Virus record (IMG/VR): IMGVR_UViG_3300011116_001007
Length of the DNA stretch: 64,000 bases
Reading direction: 5' to 3' (one strand)
Source of the DNA: a virus
Taxonomy: Duplodnaviria > Caudoviricetes
The notes below the pieces were generated by a model. It made no database searches. It was not told where the DNA came from and was given only the letters and a program-made list of their open reading frames with translations. Both the position numbers and the translations under genes were made by a program. Shown in pieces: positions 17,999 to 27,679 of the stretch; the first letter of the stretch is position 1; each line of letters begins with the position of its first letter.

Positions 17999-18449
17999 TA
18001 TGGAATCCTCTAATCTGTAGATATTTAGCCGAATTTATACATTTTTCCAATTCGGCGGTCACTGATGCAAGCATATCTATCTTGGGTTGCATCTTAGTAT
18101 TTACTATTTCGTAAAACGATTCATGGCCGCTGACTTCGGCTGTTTTTCGGCTGCAAAAGATGTCTGTTTTGAGCACCTGTTGCCTACGATCCAGTATCAT
18201 TATGTTGTTGGACAAGTTGTATCGTTGAAATTTATCTGCCACACACCAGCTGAGTGCAATGCGTTTGGTGGAAAAACAATGTATAGCACTGTGCCAGTCA
18301 CTGACCAAGAATCCATCGGCGGTTTGAGTTATGTCGTACTTGCCAAACACAAAGTAGTTGGCACCGTCGTCGTCACTCACAATGGTGTTGGCGGAACTTT
18401 TTTTCAACTCTTTTGTTAGCAAAAGTTCAAACTTTTTTTCATTCATCAT
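17970..18449 (-). CDS. hypothetical protein
   Basis: Start refined to MMNEKKF at 18449 (ATGA overlap with the upstream stop). Confidence 0.7.
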   Translation of the reverse strand: MMNEKKFELLLTKELKKSSANTIVSDDDGANYFVFGKYDITQTADGFLVSDWHSAIHCFSTKRIALSWCVADKFQRYNLSNNIMILDRRQQVLKTDIFCSRKTAEVSGHESFYEIVNTKMQPKIDMLASVTAELEKCINSAKYLQIRGFHNETARTSGS

Positions 18450-18712
18450 AGAGTTTTGAAGTATTGTGCAGCCAACCAGCCCACAGTGGCCACTAGCACA
18501 CCAATTATACCTATGCCCCAATTGACTATTTGATCGTTGCGTTTGGTTGTCATGGTTTCCATCATGCCTCTAAGATCGCCCATGACCTTGTGCAGGCCTA
18601 CCAGGCGCTCTTCCAAGGTATCCAGCTTGGTCTCCAGCAATCTATAACGTTCTGCACATAGTTCCACGTGAGCTTCGAGACTTTTCTTTTCAATATCAGT
18701 TGTGTCCACCAT
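18446..18712 (-). CDS. coiled-coil protein with C-terminal transmembrane helix (XhlA/holin-like)
   Basis: Heptad-like N-terminal region and hydrophobic WGIGIIGVLVATVGWLAA; late promoter upstream. Confidence 0.55.
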   Translation of the reverse strand: MVDTTDIEKKSLEAHVELCAERYRLLETKLDTLEERLVGLHKVMGDLRGMMETMTTKRNDQIVNWGIGIIGVLVATVGWLAAQYFKTL

Positions 18713-18714
18713 GA

Positions 18715-19146
18715 TTACTCCAATGATGTATTTAGTGGTAGGAACCAGATATTCTGATCTGAGCCCACTGTGGTAATGGTGGATTTCAGTTCAGGTTGTT
18801 CGGTGAGATTTGTCATCATGGGCACATCTTCACAACCTTGTACCAGTCCTGCTAGTGGATCCGGGTGGCCATCTATTGCATATACTGAAGGAGATTCCAC
18901 ACGAAATTCAAATTCCCACGCACCAGTGCGATACACAGGTGTGGTGATATCCAATGGTTGTGTACGCAAGCCTATGATCTGCAATAGTGTTTCCCAGTTG
19001 CGTTGTTGATTACGGCTGTGATGCCATTCTGACTGATTGGTTATTTTTTGCCCTATGCGGTCTTCAAACGGGATTTCACCTGGTCTAAAATGGCCAGTGG
19101 TACCTGTATAACTGCAATCAAAAAGTGTGCGACATTGTATTCTCAT
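18715..19146 (-). CDS. hypothetical protein
   Basis: Start refined to MRIQCRTLFD, 8 nt after TAAATA. Confidence 0.7.
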   Translation of the reverse strand: MRIQCRTLFDCSYTGTTGHFRPGEIPFEDRIGQKITNQSEWHHSRNQQRNWETLLQIIGLRTQPLDITTPVYRTGAWEFEFRVESPSVYAIDGHPDPLAGLVQGCEDVPMMTNLTEQPELKSTITTVGSDQNIWFLPLNTSLE

Positions 19147-19163
19147 TAGATAGATATTTAAGG

Positions 19164-19200
19164 CCAAAAAGAAACCCCGGATTTTTTACCTCCGGGGTTG
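19164..19200 (-). terminator. intrinsic terminator
   Basis: AACCCCGGA...TCCGGGGTT stem followed by TCTTTTT on the minus strand. Confidence 0.75.
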
Positions 19201-19219
19201 CGGCTATCGCTGACCTGGA

Positions 19220-19627
19220 TTACAGGCTAGTGAAGCTGGCTGTGTTGCTCACGTTGGCAGTTGGGATACCAATGTTCAAACCACCAGTTGCGTTGGCCAC
19301 TTGAGCAGCAGCAACCAAGGTAGCTGTGGTGTAAGCACCATTTGGATAGATTGCCAAGCTGATTGTACCAGCTGTAGCGCCAGCTTGATAAATTGCAATG
19401 GTACCAGTTTGTTGAATAGATTGCAACACATTGTTCAAATAACCATTGACGTTACCGGCATTGGTCAAAGCAGCGTTGGCTGTCAATGTGAAGAAGTCTA
19501 GTTTAGGACCTTGGATCTGAACTGGACCTTGAGCAGCTACGTTGGCTGTTCCTGCGATGGAACCGTTTGCCACGTCCAGTGCAAATACTGGTTGTGTAGT
19601 TCCGTTTACTTTTGTAAATACTGCCAT
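19220..19627 (-). CDS. small virion structural protein (abundant late protein)
   Basis: Ala/Thr/Asn-rich 135 aa; perfect TATAAATA upstream, 5' hairpin, SD AAGGA and its own terminator. Confidence 0.7.
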   Translation of the reverse strand: MAVFTKVNGTTQPVFALDVANGSIAGTANVAAQGPVQIQGPKLDFFTLTANAALTNAGNVNGYLNNVLQSIQQTGTIAIYQAGATAGTISLAIYPNGAYTTATLVAAAQVANATGGLNIGIPTANVSNTASFTSL

Positions 19628-19688
19628 GATAAATTTCCTTTAAGTTAGTGGGTTGTTGCCCTACTTTTATTTATACAATTGGCAAAAA

Positions 19689-21707
19689 TCACTGGGGTTG
19701 AGGATTGTTTTTTGCTTTGTTTCTGGCGGTAAAATCAAATCTATTCACTGCTTTGCCATAGCCTGCAGGGGTTGCAAACACCCATCCTTCATTGCCGGGC
19801 ACCTGTGCATCTAGTTTTCCTAACATATCCAGTTTTAAGTCATGCAACATTTCAAACAACAAGAATGCCGCAGCCAACCCCTGTTCATTGCTGGTAGGAC
19901 TACTCAGGTACTGTGCAATGTTGCCAACTTTTTGTGGTGTTTGTGTTTGTTCCAACCAGGCTAAGAATCCAGGCACAAGGTCACGAAAATCACCTGTGTA
20001 GGCAGCGTGTCTTGGATCTACTCTTTTGTTTATGTAGTCTATGGCCAACTTGGCCAAGTCAGTGATCTTCATTGCACGTAGTTCACCAGGATTGAGCAAA
20101 GTATCTATAGCCTGACGATTTTGTCGTAGCAGTGTTTTGATCTGGTTGTACATGGGACTGTTCTTGGGTACAGGTTTTGCGGTGATTGGTTCTATCAGCA
20201 ACAATCCTTCCACAGGATTAAATTTGACTCCGCTGAGTGGTTGTTTGGCAGCACCTGCATCTGCATACATAGTGTGTACAGCCACACCTATGTTGCTGTT
20301 GGCAATTTGTTGTCCTAATTTGCTGTCCGCCGGAATACGATATGTCACAGTGTTGGGTCTAAATATCAGTAGTCCAGCAGACTTATAAACTGCGCCGGGT
20401 ACAATTTCTTCTTCTGTTGCTGGCAACGGGTTATTGGTGTTGGCCCAGTACATCAGATCTCCTTTGACATATCCACGGAAGTTTGTAGGAGTGGCTGCTT
20501 CAAGATATGGCCAAATAGCGTTGTATGTTGGCAGTAAAGTTTTGACTCTATCTGCTTTGTTGCCTTTGGCAACAGCATTAGCATCTCGTCGAGACATATC
20601 GTCAGCAATGGCATCTGTGCTGGTAAACAATCCATCGTAACCAGCTGCTGAAAAACCCGAATCATCTGTAAGCACAAACTCACCAGTTGCGGGCTTGCGA
20701 CCAAACACCACAGCAGGTTTTCCATCCCATTTTACGGATCCTGTTTGAGAATTTTTATAAAACCCATCAGCTATGGCCAATGCTTGGTCTACTCCAGCAC
20801 TGCCCTTGCGGAAAATATAATCTTCCAGGTGTTCGATGCCTTTGGCTTTTCCGCCTACAGCAGCAGGTTCTTGTTCGTAAAGTTGGTAAGATTTTTTAGT
20901 TTCAACCAAGGCCACGTATCCGCGATTCACAATGCGATCTCTTAATCTAGCTAGGAAATATGCGTCGCTTTCTTTCACAGATAAGTCGGGTTCTTGCAAG
21001 CCTTCGCCGGCTAGATAACCACGGAAGTCTTGAAGCTTGGCATCACGGTTGGGATCTTTGGCCAATGCAGCATAGATTGATTCTACATTCTTTAGATTGG
21101 CACGAGTAGCACCGCGTCCCAATAGCACCTGGGCCACATAATCAGGATCCAGGCCACCTTGTACCAGTTGATTTGTGGTTCTAGAGAACATGCCATTGGC
21201 GCCTACTTTGAGTCCCAGTTGTTTGGCTATGCTGCTCATTAGCACGTTTCGATTCATGCCTTTGTAAGCTGAGTCTGTGCCACCGCCATAAAAGAACTGT
21301 CCCCAATCCAAGTTGGGAAAGAACATAAAGTCAGTTTGCACAAATCCACGATTGGCATCACCGGCAATGGGTGTTTTTAAATGTACTTCCCCGCCCTTCT
21401 TGACCCATTCTCTAGGATCCAGTCCTTGGCTTTGTACAAATTGAGAAAGTATTCCAGCCAATTGTTCTTTTGAAACTTCATTCAGATCCACAGCAAGATC
21501 CAAGTCTCCTGATGAGGGGGCTTTGCCAGTTGACCCCAACCAACGCAATGGTATGCCATCGTCATCTTTGTCGGTGCTGAAATCTAAACCAGTAACTTGT
21601 TCTATCCATTGGACCGTTGCTGGTACATCTTGTCGATTGATACGCTGTGTAAGCGGTTCTTTGTTGGGCCCTTTGAATACATTTCCGCCTTCTAATAGAT
21701 ATCTCAT
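19689..21707 (-). CDS. fusion of Pol-beta-superfamily nucleotidyltransferase and ligase-like (KxDG) nucleotidyltransferase domain
   Basis: N-domain LGSTG...GDLDLAVD and VQTDF; C-domain SVKWDG, KGDLMY, NEGWVF and GKAVNR. Confidence 0.75.
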   Translation of the reverse strand: MRYLLEGGNVFKGPNKEPLTQRINRQDVPATVQWIEQVTGLDFSTDKDDDGIPLRWLGSTGKAPSSGDLDLAVDLNEVSKEQLAGILSQFVQSQGLDPREWVKKGGEVHLKTPIAGDANRGFVQTDFMFFPNLDWGQFFYGGGTDSAYKGMNRNVLMSSIAKQLGLKVGANGMFSRTTNQLVQGGLDPDYVAQVLLGRGATRANLKNVESIYAALAKDPNRDAKLQDFRGYLAGEGLQEPDLSVKESDAYFLARLRDRIVNRGYVALVETKKSYQLYEQEPAAVGGKAKGIEHLEDYIFRKGSAGVDQALAIADGFYKNSQTGSVKWDGKPAVVFGRKPATGEFVLTDDSGFSAAGYDGLFTSTDAIADDMSRRDANAVAKGNKADRVKTLLPTYNAIWPYLEAATPTNFRGYVKGDLMYWANTNNPLPATEEEIVPGAVYKSAGLLIFRPNTVTYRIPADSKLGQQIANSNIGVAVHTMYADAGAAKQPLSGVKFNPVEGLLLIEPITAKPVPKNSPMYNQIKTLLRQNRQAIDTLLNPGELRAMKITDLAKLAIDYINKRVDPRHAAYTGDFRDLVPGFLAWLEQTQTPQKVGNIAQYLSSPTSNEQGLAAAFLLFEMLHDLKLDMLGKLDAQVPGNEGWVFATPAGYGKAVNRFDFTARNKAKNNPQPQ

Positions 21708-22189
21708 GGTGCTGTGCCTGCTTGCTGTTTAGGGTGAGTTTGCATCAAAACTCCTGCTTCATATGCAGCTTGTGCAATTGTTCGAAATTCAGCCAATTCT
21801 CTAGTGTCAACTTTTTCCACATCAAGATTACCCAACTGACGTATACCAGCATACAATTGATTCATTATGGTATCAGCTTGATTGATGTAGACTGGAGTAT
21901 AAGCGCCATTGTCATCTGTTTGAGATACCATTTGGCTTAAATTTGTAAAATCCATACCGCCAAGAAATTGATTTTGTGCCACTATTGAGTTCAATGCTTT
22001 TTTCAATGAAGTTTTAGATTGCGGACTGAGTTGTGCAGTGTCAGTGACTGCATCTGCTGCCAGGGCCTGAGACACCTGCCGAGACCACTGCCGTTGCATG
22101 TTTTGTGCAGCCTGGTTAACCATCAATGACGTGTTTGGCGCAGCATCTTCATTGACGCGAGATTTTCTAGTCAGTTCATGAATTTGCAT
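21704..22189 (-). CDS. putative internal head protein
   Basis: MQIHELTRKSRVNE-D N-terminus; coupled to the downstream fusion gene. Confidence 0.65.
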   Translation of the reverse strand: MQIHELTRKSRVNEDAAPNTSLMVNQAAQNMQRQWSRQVSQALAADAVTDTAQLSPQSKTSLKKALNSIVAQNQFLGGMDFTNLSQMVSQTDDNGAYTPVYINQADTIMNQLYAGIRQLGNLDVEKVDTRELAEFRTIAQAAYEAGVLMQTHPKQQAGTAP

Positions 22190-22424
22190 CTGTTTTCCTT
22201 ACTGATCGAGAAAATTTACCAGCGTTTTTTGTTCGTATGGCATTGAGGAATTTTCTAGTGAGGTTTTCTGCTGTTTCAGCATCAAATTCTGATTCAATCT
22301 GCTCCAGCAATCTGATGGCATTGGCTATCACGTTGCTCGCGCGATTTTCTATTACCAACCGACGATCTCGCTCGATGTACAGACTGTCCAGTTCTTCTAG
22401 TATGCTGCGGGTTTTCTTTTGCAT
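22176..22424 (-). CDS. hypothetical late protein
   Basis: 82 aa, downstream of CTAAATA at about 22447-22453. Confidence 0.7.
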   Translation of the reverse strand: MQKKTRSILEELDSLYIERDRRLVIENRASNVIANAIRLLEQIESEFDAETAENLTRKFLNAIRTKNAGKFSRSVRKTDANS

Positions 22425-22444
22425 GTAAATCAGTGACCTTTGGA

Positions 22445-22475
22445 TTATTTAGCGATTTCTGGATGTGAATAAATA
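22445..22475. promoter_or_regulatory. back-to-back late promoters (TAAATA on both strands)
   Basis: TATTTAG at about 22446 and ATAAATA at about 22468, between divergent genes. Confidence 0.7.
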
Positions 22476-22496
22476 TCTATAACAAGGATACCACCA

Positions 22497-23501
22497 ATGA
22501 CCAGCAGCATCAACCCGCAAAATATCGACGCCAACTACCCGGTTGCCGGCGTGCCCAACAACACTCAAGGATTCCGTGACAACTTCACTAATATCCAAAC
22601 CAATTTTACCTACGCCAAAAACGAAATAACTGATCTGGAAAACAAAGCTGTGCTCAAGAGTGCATTGGACGGCACTACCTTGGACAACAACATGGGCGAT
22701 CAATTGATCTATTCTGCGCTGATCCGAGATTTTTCTGGCAGCATTGTGCAAAACACCGTGACGTCTGGTGCTGTTGCATTGGATTATTCGTCTGGGCATT
22801 ATCAAACGGTCAGCACCACTGGTAGTATAACATTGGGATTCTCTAACTTTCCAACATCGGGTACTGTGGGCATGATGCGAGTGCAGGTCAACATTACCAA
22901 TACTGCCTATACCATGACTCTTCCAGCCGCAGTCACGCTGGGGCTTACTGGCATACAAGGCATCAGCGCCAATGTGATCACATTTGGTGCCACTGGATAT
23001 TATGAATTTGGATTTGTTACCAGTGATGGCGGTACTACTATTACTGTGTTTGATTTGAATAGACCTCTAAGTTATTTTACCAACACTGTGAATGTGGCAG
23101 CTACCACTGCCAGCACCAGCACCACAACCGGTGCATTGATTGTGGCAGGCGGCGCCGGCATTGTTGGAAATGTGTACAGTGGTAACATACGTACAGGTGG
23201 GTTGGTATCTGCAACTGGTAATATTACTGGTGGTAATGTAATCTCAAGTGGTGTGGTGTCATCTGTTGGAAATATCAGATTGCTTGCTGCAACTGCTGTA
23301 CCTGCTGGCGGCACAGCAGGTGCTGGATTGTTGATGTCTAGTACTGCTAATCTTGGCGTGTTTTTTGGATCTGGTGCTCCAACATTGACGGCGGCACAAG
23401 GCAGTCTCTATTTGAGAACTGACGGGTCAAGCACCAGCACACGAATGTATGTGAACACCAGCGGCAGTACCACTTGGACTGCTGTGACCACTGTTGCTTA
23501 A
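22497..23501 (+). CDS. short tail-fibre-like virion protein
   Basis: YPVAG...TQGFRDNF N-terminus, Thr/Gly-rich beta repeats, C-terminal GSGAP...GSLYLRTDG...MYV module. Confidence 0.75.
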   Translation: MTSSINPQNIDANYPVAGVPNNTQGFRDNFTNIQTNFTYAKNEITDLENKAVLKSALDGTTLDNNMGDQLIYSALIRDFSGSIVQNTVTSGAVALDYSSGHYQTVSTTGSITLGFSNFPTSGTVGMMRVQVNITNTAYTMTLPAAVTLGLTGIQGISANVITFGATGYYEFGFVTSDGGTTITVFDLNRPLSYFTNTVNVAATTASTSTTTGALIVAGGAGIVGNVYSGNIRTGGLVSATGNITGGNVISSGVVSSVGNIRLLAATAVPAGGTAGAGLLMSSTANLGVFFGSGAPTLTAAQGSLYLRTDGSSTSTRMYVNTSGSTTWTAVTTVA

Positions 23502-23529
23502 TTTGACTTGATCTGCTCCGGTAGTTCTT

Positions 23530-24525
23530 TTAGTTTTGCATTTTGAACATCTGCTGAAACAGTTCTGGGAATACAGCACGCCAATCTGTGCCTCGTCGTT
23601 GATCAATAGAATCCAAGGTAGCAATTATTTTAGATTTTCTGTTGTCTGTATCTTTAAGAGCGAACACCCCATTTGTTAATTGTTGTCGGTGTTCTATAGG
23701 ATCTGTAAATCGCGTGGTGTGGAAATTTGTTTGCAGCCACTCTTCTAACTGTTTAAGATTGTCGGAATTTAGTATGCCAACTGAGGTATTGGTAGCAAAC
23801 ATACAATTGTGCGGCGCATTATCAATATACCATTGCAAATTATCTGTCACCTGAGCCCACTTTGCAGGGAACCGTTGGTATTCAAATCTTTCACCAACAT
23901 CATCAATACTAAAATCAAGTTGCACTAACTTAAATTGCTCCCACAAATTCAACAACTCTTTATTTGGTAATATAGTCCCATTGGTGTTGTAATTTAAGTG
24001 TACTTGATCTTTGTGCTCAATTGCATGTAACAATTTCACATGTTCTTTACTCAGCAACGGTTCACCGCCATTGAAATGTATAAATTGTATGCTGCTCAAG
24101 TCGATGGTTTTCCAAAACTGATTGGCCGTTGATTTTTGTAATTCTATAGGTAGCCCAAGTTCTTGTTTCCACACACTACTGTTATTCGGCCCGCATATTA
24201 CACAGGCCAAATTACATGTATCGCCAGTCCAGTAATCCATACGAATTAGCTCAACCTTGTTGTTGTTAAGATTGTGGTCTTTATACCAAGAGTTGCTGCC
24301 TTGCCGTCGGCTTGTTAGTCCAGCAGCTTCGGCATCTTTACAATTACTACACGCTGTTGGTAACTGTCCAGTAGATATCTCATTGCGAAGACCAACAAGG
24401 TATTTGTTGTTTAAAAAATCAATTACTTCAGCTGAGCGTACAGGAGATATACAACAAGGCGAAATTGCTAATGCATTTTGCTGAGCCACAATGTTTATAT
24501 TTTTATAAATGTCAATGCATGTCAT
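23530..24525 (-). CDS. radical SAM protein with N-terminal SPASM/twitch-like Cys cluster
   Basis: CNLACVIC, FNGGEP, NTNGT and SIDD; N-terminal PCC...CSNC. Confidence 0.9.
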   Translation of the reverse strand: MTCIDIYKNINIVAQQNALAISPCCISPVRSAEVIDFLNNKYLVGLRNEISTGQLPTACSNCKDAEAAGLTSRRQGSNSWYKDHNLNNNKVELIRMDYWTGDTCNLACVICGPNNSSVWKQELGLPIELQKSTANQFWKTIDLSSIQFIHFNGGEPLLSKEHVKLLHAIEHKDQVHLNYNTNGTILPNKELLNLWEQFKLVQLDFSIDDVGERFEYQRFPAKWAQVTDNLQWYIDNAPHNCMFATNTSVGILNSDNLKQLEEWLQTNFHTTRFTDPIEHRQQLTNGVFALKDTDNRKSKIIATLDSIDQRRGTDWRAVFPELFQQMFKMQN

Positions 24526-25973
24526 TATGACGTTTTAATAGTTTTCAGCAATTGATTGAGTTTGGTGCTTTCTACTACACCAACCACTTTGGCAACGTCT
24601 CCGTGATTGACCACTGGTTTGTCCCAGGCGTGTGTGCCACCTACAGGCGCTTGCCAAGCAGCATTGTCGCTGGCAACAACCTGACTCTTGGCCTTGATTG
24701 AGTCCATGATTGATGTTTGCGGTTTGTTATAACCAGTTCCTTCGTCGCCGCCCTCGTCTGTGATACGCATGGTCTCAATGTTGTATTCCAAATCAATCTT
24801 TTGTCCCACACCAGTCGAACTACGACTTTTCATGCATTGTATCTGATACTTGCCACGTTCTTTCATTGATCTGCTGGTAAAGATACCAAACACATTGTCT
24901 GCTGTGTTGATCTTTGAAATACCGCCTGCAATGTGACTGTGATCAAATTCTACTTCTTCCACTGCGCTGCGATTCAATTGACTTGCAGTTACCATTAATA
25001 TTTGCAGTTCTTTGGCCAAGTTACGTAGTTCTTCACTCACATACTTGTCTTTGATAAACTGGTCATTGGGATTGACTTTGACGCTGATTGGCATCAGCAA
25101 GTCTAGGTAATCAATCATCACAAAGTCTACCCGTTTGCCTGTTTGTATTTGATACTCTTTCAAGTACGATCTAATGTCATTGATGTTGCTTTGTGCTGGC
25201 AAACCTTTCACTTGGTAGTTGCCCGACTTCTTGGCCATCATTTTGACTTTGAGCTCTGTGGTATCGATGTCTCTGCGTATGTCTTTGGTGCTCATGTTTG
25301 TGAGCATGGCATCTGTTCTCAAGCTGGTCAAGTCTTCACTCAATTCCAAGGTAACATACACTCCGCTCAATCCTTGCTGCAACCAATTGAGTGCAATGTT
25401 CATCATGACCAAGCTCTTGCCTGATCCTGATCCTCCGGCAAAGATGTTCAGTTCACCACGACTGAATCCACCGTACAACAATCGATCCAGTTGTGGCCAG
25501 CCTGTGCTGACTTGCCCACCCGAGTTAAAATACTTGTTGATACGTTCGCTGGGATTGGCAAAATAGTCTGTGCCCATGTCCTTGGTCAAGCTGATCTGCA
25601 CTGCATCTTTGATCAGTTTTTCCACAGGACCATATTCACCTTTTTCCAACAGGTCTGCTGCTGCCAAGATCGCACGTTCTAGTTCTTGTCTGCGTGTGAA
25701 TGCTTCAAATTCTTCCATGAACCATTCATAGTGCCCTTCATTCAAATCAGGCACTGATTGTAATTTGATTCCAGTGGTGGCCGAGATCTGCGTGATATCT
25801 GGCAGAGTTTTGTGTTTTTCACTGTGTTCTTTAATAAACGCAGCCGCTGGTCTAAGATTTCGATCAAAGTTTTCTGGATTGTAAATGTTCTGCACACGCA
25901 CATAGCTGGCAGCATCCTCCAGCATCATTTCCAGGAATAATTTCTGTATATCAATTCCGTATTCTTTTAACAA
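24525..25973 (-). CDS. replicative DnaB-like helicase (T4 gp41-like)
   Basis: GGSGSGKS Walker A, TLEL, MIDYLD, TASQLNR and KSRS. Confidence 0.93.
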   Translation of the reverse strand: MLKEYGIDIQKLFLEMMLEDAASYVRVQNIYNPENFDRNLRPAAAFIKEHSEKHKTLPDITQISATTGIKLQSVPDLNEGHYEWFMEEFEAFTRRQELERAILAAADLLEKGEYGPVEKLIKDAVQISLTKDMGTDYFANPSERINKYFNSGGQVSTGWPQLDRLLYGGFSRGELNIFAGGSGSGKSLVMMNIALNWLQQGLSGVYVTLELSEDLTSLRTDAMLTNMSTKDIRRDIDTTELKVKMMAKKSGNYQVKGLPAQSNINDIRSYLKEYQIQTGKRVDFVMIDYLDLLMPISVKVNPNDQFIKDKYVSEELRNLAKELQILMVTASQLNRSAVEEVEFDHSHIAGGISKINTADNVFGIFTSRSMKERGKYQIQCMKSRSSTGVGQKIDLEYNIETMRITDEGGDEGTGYNKPQTSIMDSIKAKSQVVASDNAAWQAPVGGTHAWDKPVVNHGDVAKVVGVVESTKLNQLLKTIKTS

Positions 25974-26680
25974 GATTTTTTCCTTACAATATGATCAATG
26001 CACTCGTTAGCAAACAAACTTTGTACAGCGTCATCGCTGATGTGAAAGTACGGTCTAGTATTGGACCCATTAAGATGCCCGGCGTTTTTATGGGTGGTTC
26101 GATGATTCCACAGATTTGTCATTAATGCTTGCTCTTGATAATCGTTGGCAAGATTTTTTATATAGTTAGAATTTGTTAGCTGTCCAATATTATCAAGAAA
26201 TCCACCAGTACTATAGCAAAATGGTATTTTGTTTGTTGCACAGGTAGTCAGACACAACACCAAGTACATGTAATTTTTTATCATCTCCATGTTTATTGAG
26301 GCTGCAGAGGCTAACCAATGATCAGTTGTTTTTATTTTTTCTTTGTTTTCAAAATAACAAGTAGTAGTATAACGTTTTTTGATATAATCTGCAATATCTA
26401 GGTCACTAAAGGATCGAGGCAGCACAGCGGTGTCATTGTCAAATTCATATCGAAGCGGATTGGTAAAAGAAAATATTACAAAATCAGGATTTAACTTCAT
26501 TCCTTGCATCATTTGCAATGAAATCAATGCATTGCTGCTGCCCCCGTAGGCTAGATTAGAAATTTTAAAATTCGGCGAGTAATTTGATATTTTCTCTGAC
26601 CAATGCAATCCTGGAAAGTCAGGGTCGGTCACACAAAAACTATCACCACAAATAAGAATGTGAACTTCATCGTTTGACAA
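25967..26680 (-). CDS. SGNH-hydrolase-like protein
   Basis: CGDSF, NLAYGGSSN and PYFH; AT-rich; lies between primase and helicase. Confidence 0.65.
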   Translation of the reverse strand: MSNDEVHILICGDSFCVTDPDFPGLHWSEKISNYSPNFKISNLAYGGSSNALISLQMMQGMKLNPDFVIFSFTNPLRYEFDNDTAVLPRSFSDLDIADYIKKRYTTTCYFENKEKIKTTDHWLASAASINMEMIKNYMYLVLCLTTCATNKIPFCYSTGGFLDNIGQLTNSNYIKNLANDYQEQALMTNLWNHRTTHKNAGHLNGSNTRPYFHISDDAVQSLFANECIDHIVRKKSC

Positions 26681-27641
26681 TTTGTTTTTTCCTCATTTCT
26701 ATTTTGATTCGACTAGTGTTTCTGTTTTCAAATATAGTTAGCATGGTTGCCAACTGACCATAACGAACCACACTGTCGTTGACATCTTTGACATCATCTG
26801 GCCACGGCGGCATACTCACCGCCCATCCCAGTTCTACTGCACGATCTACCAGTTCCATACCTGCCAAGTCCTGATCAGGTACCACGGTTATTTCTTTGCC
26901 TAAACTACGGATCAACCGTGCCTGCTCATCTGATATGGTGTTATGCATCACTGCCAAGCCACCAATGCACAGTGCATCAAATATGCCTTCAACAACAATT
27001 GCATTGGTCCAATTGTCGTGCTGCAAATCTGTTCCAAACACATATCCAGGTTGGCTGTCAGTGATGTACTTGGGTCGCCGGTTATCCAAGAATCTTTGTG
27101 AGTACCCCACTATGCGATCATTGTGTGTGAATGGAATAATTACACTGGGACGATTTTTCCAAGACCTTTCTTCGTGAAGCTGTACCATCACAGGATAGTC
27201 ATCGGGCACTTTTCTTGAACGAAGATACTCTCGACGTTCATATGAATCATCCAATAACTCACTCATTGGCGGCAATTCTCTTTCTTCAAACTCTATGCCA
27301 GACAGCACATTAAACATACGTTGTCGGTCATCCAGGATGCCATGCACACTGCGATGTCTTAGACTTTCTAAGTTTAATATGTCGATCTCAGCATCGGGCA
27401 CACCTAACCAGCCCAAGAGCCTGCGGGCCTTAAAACTCACTGTACGGCCAAGGATAAAGCTAGCGGTGTAGTTGCAGTTGAAGCAGTGATAACTCCAACC
27501 CGATTCTGTGGGTTTGAGACCTCCTCGACCACGTTTATCTGCTGTACCAGCATTGTGTTGACAACACACAGCATTGAAACTTACCCAACCTGATGGTGTG
27601 GCTTTTCGTTTTGCTGGCAAATATTGTAGGATGTCTAGCAT
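26667..27641 (-). CDS. DNA primase (T4 gp61-like)
   Basis: Zn-binding CC...HCFNC, PKY, VEGIFDA and PDQD TOPRIM motifs. Confidence 0.9.
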   Translation of the reverse strand: MLDILQYLPAKRKATPSGWVSFNAVCCQHNAGTADKRGRGGLKPTESGWSYHCFNCNYTASFILGRTVSFKARRLLGWLGVPDAEIDILNLESLRHRSVHGILDDRQRMFNVLSGIEFEERELPPMSELLDDSYERREYLRSRKVPDDYPVMVQLHEERSWKNRPSVIIPFTHNDRIVGYSQRFLDNRRPKYITDSQPGYVFGTDLQHDNWTNAIVVEGIFDALCIGGLAVMHNTISDEQARLIRSLGKEITVVPDQDLAGMELVDRAVELGWAVSMPPWPDDVKDVNDSVVRYGQLATMLTIFENRNTSRIKIEMRKKQIVKR

Positions 27642-27647
27642 CCGTGT

Positions 27648-27676
27648 AGTTTAACAGATTTGTGTTGTAATAGCAA
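27648..27676 (-). promoter_or_regulatory. sigma70-type promoter of primase (leaderless predicted)
   Basis: TTGCTA-17 nt-TAAACT, 6 nt from the ATG. Confidence 0.6.
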
Positions 27677-27679
27677 CGA

